In this document: piece after piece, positions 60,540 to 64,000 of the stretch
How the letters are laid out: the number at the start of each line of letters is the position of its first letter
Numbering within the stretch: position 1 is the stretch's first letter
DNA from: a bacterium
GTDB lineage: Bacteria; UBA8248
Direction: 5' to 3'
NCBI GenBank assembly: GCA_965204535.1
Contig: CBDBEV010000001.1
Location: forward strand, 2,048,001 to 2,112,000
Length of the DNA: 64,000 nucleotides
Notes under the pieces: model-generated
What the model was told of the DNA's origin: nothing
Databases searched by the model: none
Seen by the model: the letters and a program-made list of their open reading frames with translations, nothing else
Position numbers and translations under genes: made by a program

Positions 60540-62566
60540 GCGAATCCTCACCCCGAACGAATTCCGACCCCGTCCTGCTGGAAATACTCCGGTGCCGGTT
60601 CCAGGGGATCGTGGAGGAGATGGGCGAGCTGCTGACCCGCTGCGGGCATACCGTCTTCGTCAAGGAAACCCAGGATTTCATCGTCGCCCTGGTGACGCCC
60701 CGGGGAGAGGTGGCGGCCTGCTCCGTGGACATCGGGCTCTGGATAGGGGTTGGCCAGAACTTCGGGGCCGTGATCGAAGCCGGCGGGCCGTACCGGCCCG
60801 GCGACGTCTGGTTCACCAACGACCCGGAGCAGAGCAGGGGCCTGGTCACCCATCTGCTCGACGTCTTCTGCTGGCGTCCCGTCTACCACGAGAATGAGCT
60901 CGTCTGCTTCGCGGTCGCCTTCATCCATTGCACGGACGTGGGCGGGCTCGCGCCCGGCTCCATCGCGCCTTCCGCCGTCGACCAGCATCAGGAAGGCGTG
61001 GTCATTCCGGTGACCCGGCTCGTCGCCGAAGACGGGATGCGGGAAGACATCTTGCGGATCTTCCTGCGGAACTGCCGTATTCCGGACAAGAACCGGGGCG
61101 ACGTACTGGCGATGCTCGGGGCGCTCAAGCGCGCGGAATTGCGCGTCACGGGCCTCGCCGAAAAGTACGGCGCGGACCTCTTGCGGACGGCGCTCGACGA
61201 CGTTCTGGATTACGCGGAAGCCCAGGCCCGCTCGCTGATACGGGAGGTCCCCGACGGAGACTATGCGTTCTGGGACTACCTGGAAGGTGATCTGATGCCG
61301 GAGGGACGCCACGTCCGGATACGCCTGACGCTGAGGATCCGGGGGGAGGAGATGCTCCTCGACTTCGAGGGCACGGACCCGCAGGTGGCGGCGGCGTTCA
61401 ACGTCCCCTCCTACAGCACGGACGGCCACTACCTCCTGGTCATGGGCGTGGTCAACTTCATGCGGAGCGTCAAGCCGGACACGGTGTACAACTCAGGCCT
61501 TGTCCGCCCCGTCAAGGTGAACGCGCCGCGTGGGTCCCTCCTCAACCCCGAGCCCGGCGCGCCCTGCGGCGCCAGACAGGCCACGTTTTTCAAGGTGGCC
61601 GATATCGTTCTCGGCGCCCTGGCGCGCGCCTGGCGGGAACGGATGCCCGCCGCGGGCTGCGGCCAGGGTTCCATCATGCTGGTGTCGGCGCCTGACTTCA
61701 CCACCGGGACGAACCTGGTGAGCACCGTCCAGCCTCTCGTGGGCGGGTCGGGGGCGCGGCCCTTCGACGACGGCACGGAGGGAGTCGATTTCACCACAGG
61801 CTTCTACCGGAACATCCCCACCGAGGTGCTGGAGTCGGAGATACCCGTCCTGGTCGAGCGCTACGGGCTCAAACCCGGTTCCGGGGGCGCGGGCCGCTTT
61901 CGCGGCGGGTGCGGGCTGGACTATTCCCTCCGGATTCTCGTGCCCGGCGGGGTGGTGACGGCCCGGGGGCTGGAGCGGTTTCATTTTCAGCCCTGGGGCA
62001 GGGAAGACGGCCGGCCGGGCGAGGCGGGACGCGCGTTCCTGCAAGCCCCTGGCGAGGACCCCGAGCCGATTGAAAAGATAAACGTGCTCGGCGTTCCGGC
62101 CGGCGGCGTCGTCCACGTCCACTCGGCCGGGGGCGGCGGCTTCGGCCCGCCATGGGAGCGCGACCCCATGCTCGTGCTGCGCGACGTCGAGGACGGGCTG
62201 GTGACGCCTGAGAGCGCGGAGGAGGTCTACGGCGTGATCATCCGCGATGGCCGAATCCTGGAAGAAGAGACGGCCGAGCGACGGCGGCTGCTAGCCGATG
62301 GGTGCAGCGGCTCCGAGGCGGCTCTCTTTTCGTTCGGGGCAGGCCGGGAGGCGTTCGAGCGGCTCTGGCCGGATGAGTTGCAACTGGCCGTCAACCGCGT
62401 CACGGAGGGCATCCCCCCCGCCATTCGCCGGCACGTGCGCTTCGAGGCGATGAGGGCCGTGGAGGAGGCCCGCTCGGGAGCGGAGCCGATAGATGAACCC
62501 TGGCTCGAGGCCAGGGTGCGTGAAATCATCGAGGGGATGAGCCCCCAGTCGACGCATTCCGCTTGA
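60536..62566 (+). CDS. Hydantoinase B/oxoprolinase family protein
   Basis: FTNDP, THLLD, HCTDVGG, QEG, GSGGAGRFRGG, GGGGFG. Confidence 0.92.
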   Translation: MSESSPRTNSDPVLLEILRCRFQGIVEEMGELLTRCGHTVFVKETQDFIVALVTPRGEVAACSVDIGLWIGVGQNFGAVIEAGGPYRPGDVWFTNDPEQSRGLVTHLLDVFCWRPVYHENELVCFAVAFIHCTDVGGLAPGSIAPSAVDQHQEGVVIPVTRLVAEDGMREDILRIFLRNCRIPDKNRGDVLAMLGALKRAELRVTGLAEKYGADLLRTALDDVLDYAEAQARSLIREVPDGDYAFWDYLEGDLMPEGRHVRIRLTLRIRGEEMLLDFEGTDPQVAAAFNVPSYSTDGHYLLVMGVVNFMRSVKPDTVYNSGLVRPVKVNAPRGSLLNPEPGAPCGARQATFFKVADIVLGALARAWRERMPAAGCGQGSIMLVSAPDFTTGTNLVSTVQPLVGGSGARPFDDGTEGVDFTTGFYRNIPTEVLESEIPVLVERYGLKPGSGGAGRFRGGCGLDYSLRILVPGGVVTARGLERFHFQPWGREDGRPGEAGRAFLQAPGEDPEPIEKINVLGVPAGGVVHVHSAGGGGFGPPWERDPMLVLRDVEDGLVTPESAEEVYGVIIRDGRILEEETAERRRLLADGCSGSEAALFSFGAGREAFERLWPDELQLAVNRVTEGIPPAIRRHVRFEAMRAVEEARSGAEPIDEPWLEARVREIIEGMSPQSTHSA

Positions 62567-62939
62567 GAAAAAGACAGCGGCCGTTCGTGTTGAGAGTTGC
62601 TCGAGAGTGTTCACAATGGGAGGCATGAAAGCGCGCGTGGCCGCCGTAGGTGGAGGGAGGTTAGATGCGTTTTTGGGCGGTATCTGCGGCCTATAATCTG
62701 GGGATTGGATTATGAAGCGCCGGTCTTGCGGTGTAGCCTTAGGTATTCCTTGTATCGGTAATAAGGGAATTTGATGTTTTAGTGATATGATGGAAATTTG
62801 TGGTGATTGGCTTGGATGTATTATGGATTGCAAATTAAGTTTAGAGCGATTTTTCTTGGGATGAGCAAAGCTGAAATACTATTGGCCTGAATAATCTGGG
62901 ATTCCTCGTTTACTGAGTCCCGAGAGAGGAGGATTTGCA

Positions 62940-63881
62940 ATGAAAACGAATCGATACCAATTGCGAATCAGCGGTCTCCGGGATGACGAGGGGCAAATCA
63001 AGATTATTGATCTTCAGCGCATTTTGGAGGCTTTAATCAGAACGTCGGAACGAGCCACTCGATTGCAGGCTACTGGTGAAGGAAGCGCCAAAGGACCGAA
63101 ACCAAAATGGCTAGATGCAAGTGTTGATTTCACGATAACCGGCTTGAAGTCTGGTTCTACAGTGCTTGATATTGAGGCGCCGCGGCTTGGTGAAACAGCT
63201 TATGAGGAATTCGCCCAACAGGAGTTTTGGCGTGAACAACCAAGTCTTGATGAAACTGCGCTCGACCTTGCCGCATATGCCATTCAAGAAGCCGGGGATG
63301 CAGACTCTGTTGGAGATCGTTTGGACAGTGGCGTTCTTGAGGCGATTCTCAAATTCCGGAGGGCTGCCCGGACCACCGATATTCGCTACGAGTTGACCCC
63401 GAAAGGGTCGGCGCGTGGACGATTCAATTTGGACGAGAATGTTTGCATGCAAGTCAATGAACGATTGAAGAAAATTCCGCCTCCGAAGGCTTTCATCGTG
63501 AGTGGCAGGCTCGATGAGATCAAACACGGTGGTGGCCGCTTTCGACTCATGCTCGACTCGAATTCACAGCTTCTCGGCAAGTTGCGTCCTGATGCGCTTG
63601 AAATTGAAGTCTTGCGGCCTTTGTGGGGCAAGCCGACCACAGTCGAGGGCATGGTTCACTTCAAGGCCAGCGGGCAACCGAGATTAATCGAAGCATACCG
63701 GATAAGTGTTTACGCAAAAGGCGACGATATTTTTAAGGAAATGCCGTCTGTAGAGAAAACAGAGATTCAAAGCTTGGTTGTAACGCAGGGCGAGTGCCTC
63801 CGCTACGCGGATCCCATAGAGCTTTCAGGAGCGTGGCCCGGAGATGAGCCTATCGATGAATTACTTGCTCAACTTGACTGA
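62940..63881 (+). CDS. Hypothetical protein, putative partner/antitoxin of the downstream PIN protein
   Basis: 313-aa ORF with GGAGG SD, AT-richer than the upstream genes; acidic tail AWPGDEPIDELLAQLD; ends 8 nt before the PIN gene. Confidence 0.7.
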   Translation: MKTNRYQLRISGLRDDEGQIKIIDLQRILEALIRTSERATRLQATGEGSAKGPKPKWLDASVDFTITGLKSGSTVLDIEAPRLGETAYEEFAQQEFWREQPSLDETALDLAAYAIQEAGDADSVGDRLDSGVLEAILKFRRAARTTDIRYELTPKGSARGRFNLDENVCMQVNERLKKIPPPKAFIVSGRLDEIKHGGGRFRLMLDSNSQLLGKLRPDALEIEVLRPLWGKPTTVEGMVHFKASGQPRLIEAYRISVYAKGDDIFKEMPSVEKTEIQSLVVTQGECLRYADPIELSGAWPGDEPIDELLAQLD

Positions 63882-63889
63882 TTGACTTC

Positions 63890-64000
63890 ATGGCGAACCG
63901 TTTTTTGCTCGATACAGGGATGCTTCTCGGGTTTAGCCGCGAAGCGCATCGGGCTCTCCGGGTTCACAAGGAGTTTGACCTTGGAAATAGAGAAACGATG
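63890..64000 (+). CDS. PIN domain (VapC-like) protein, 5' part only
   Basis: Manual translation MANRFLLDTGMLLGFSRE..., with the PIN N-terminal LLDT motif. Confidence 0.65.
   Translation, partial: MANRFLLDTGMLLGFSREAHRALRVHKEFDLGNRETM

Noticed and set aside
62567-62939. AT-richer intergenic region as a possible ncRNA or IS end
   Set aside because: No convincing repeats, stems or transposase remnants seen by eye

Overview
A GC-rich bacterial chromosome segment. Positions 1-44 kb are mostly housekeeping and metabolic genes: a lytic transglycosylase, tol-pal, ligA, galU, two CNNM/HlyC proteins, DMT transporters, a tungsten-type aldehyde oxidoreductase cluster, glyA, typA, LLM monooxygenases, a xanthine-dehydrogenase-family subunit and ggt. 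From 44 kb on, the window is accessory/defence DNA: a 5.3-kb islet bounded by 100-bp direct repeats, a complete compact type II-C CRISPR-Cas9 locus (986-aa Cas9, cas1, cas2, tracrRNA, 4-repeat array), a frameshifted SDR, an AbiE-like type IV TA pair, a second hydantoinase/oxoprolinase pair and a gene pair ending in a PIN toxin. The most striking feature is an unannotated AT-rich cassette of about 750 bp between cas2 and the array. It encodes a stand-alone crRNA-like RNA whose degenerate repeat still pairs with the tracrRNA. The 12 nt next to that repeat match exactly the -35/-10 spacer of a divergent sigma70-type promoter. That promoter points at a 36-codon basic sORF enclosed by a 15-bp inverted repeat, followed by a chimeric tRNA with a Ser/Leu-type long-variable-arm body and a Pro (UGG) anticodon. 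I infer a Cas9-repressed, CreTA-like addiction module whose toxin may be a mistranslating tRNA. All calls were made by eye from the sequence and the ORF track; no database searches were run.
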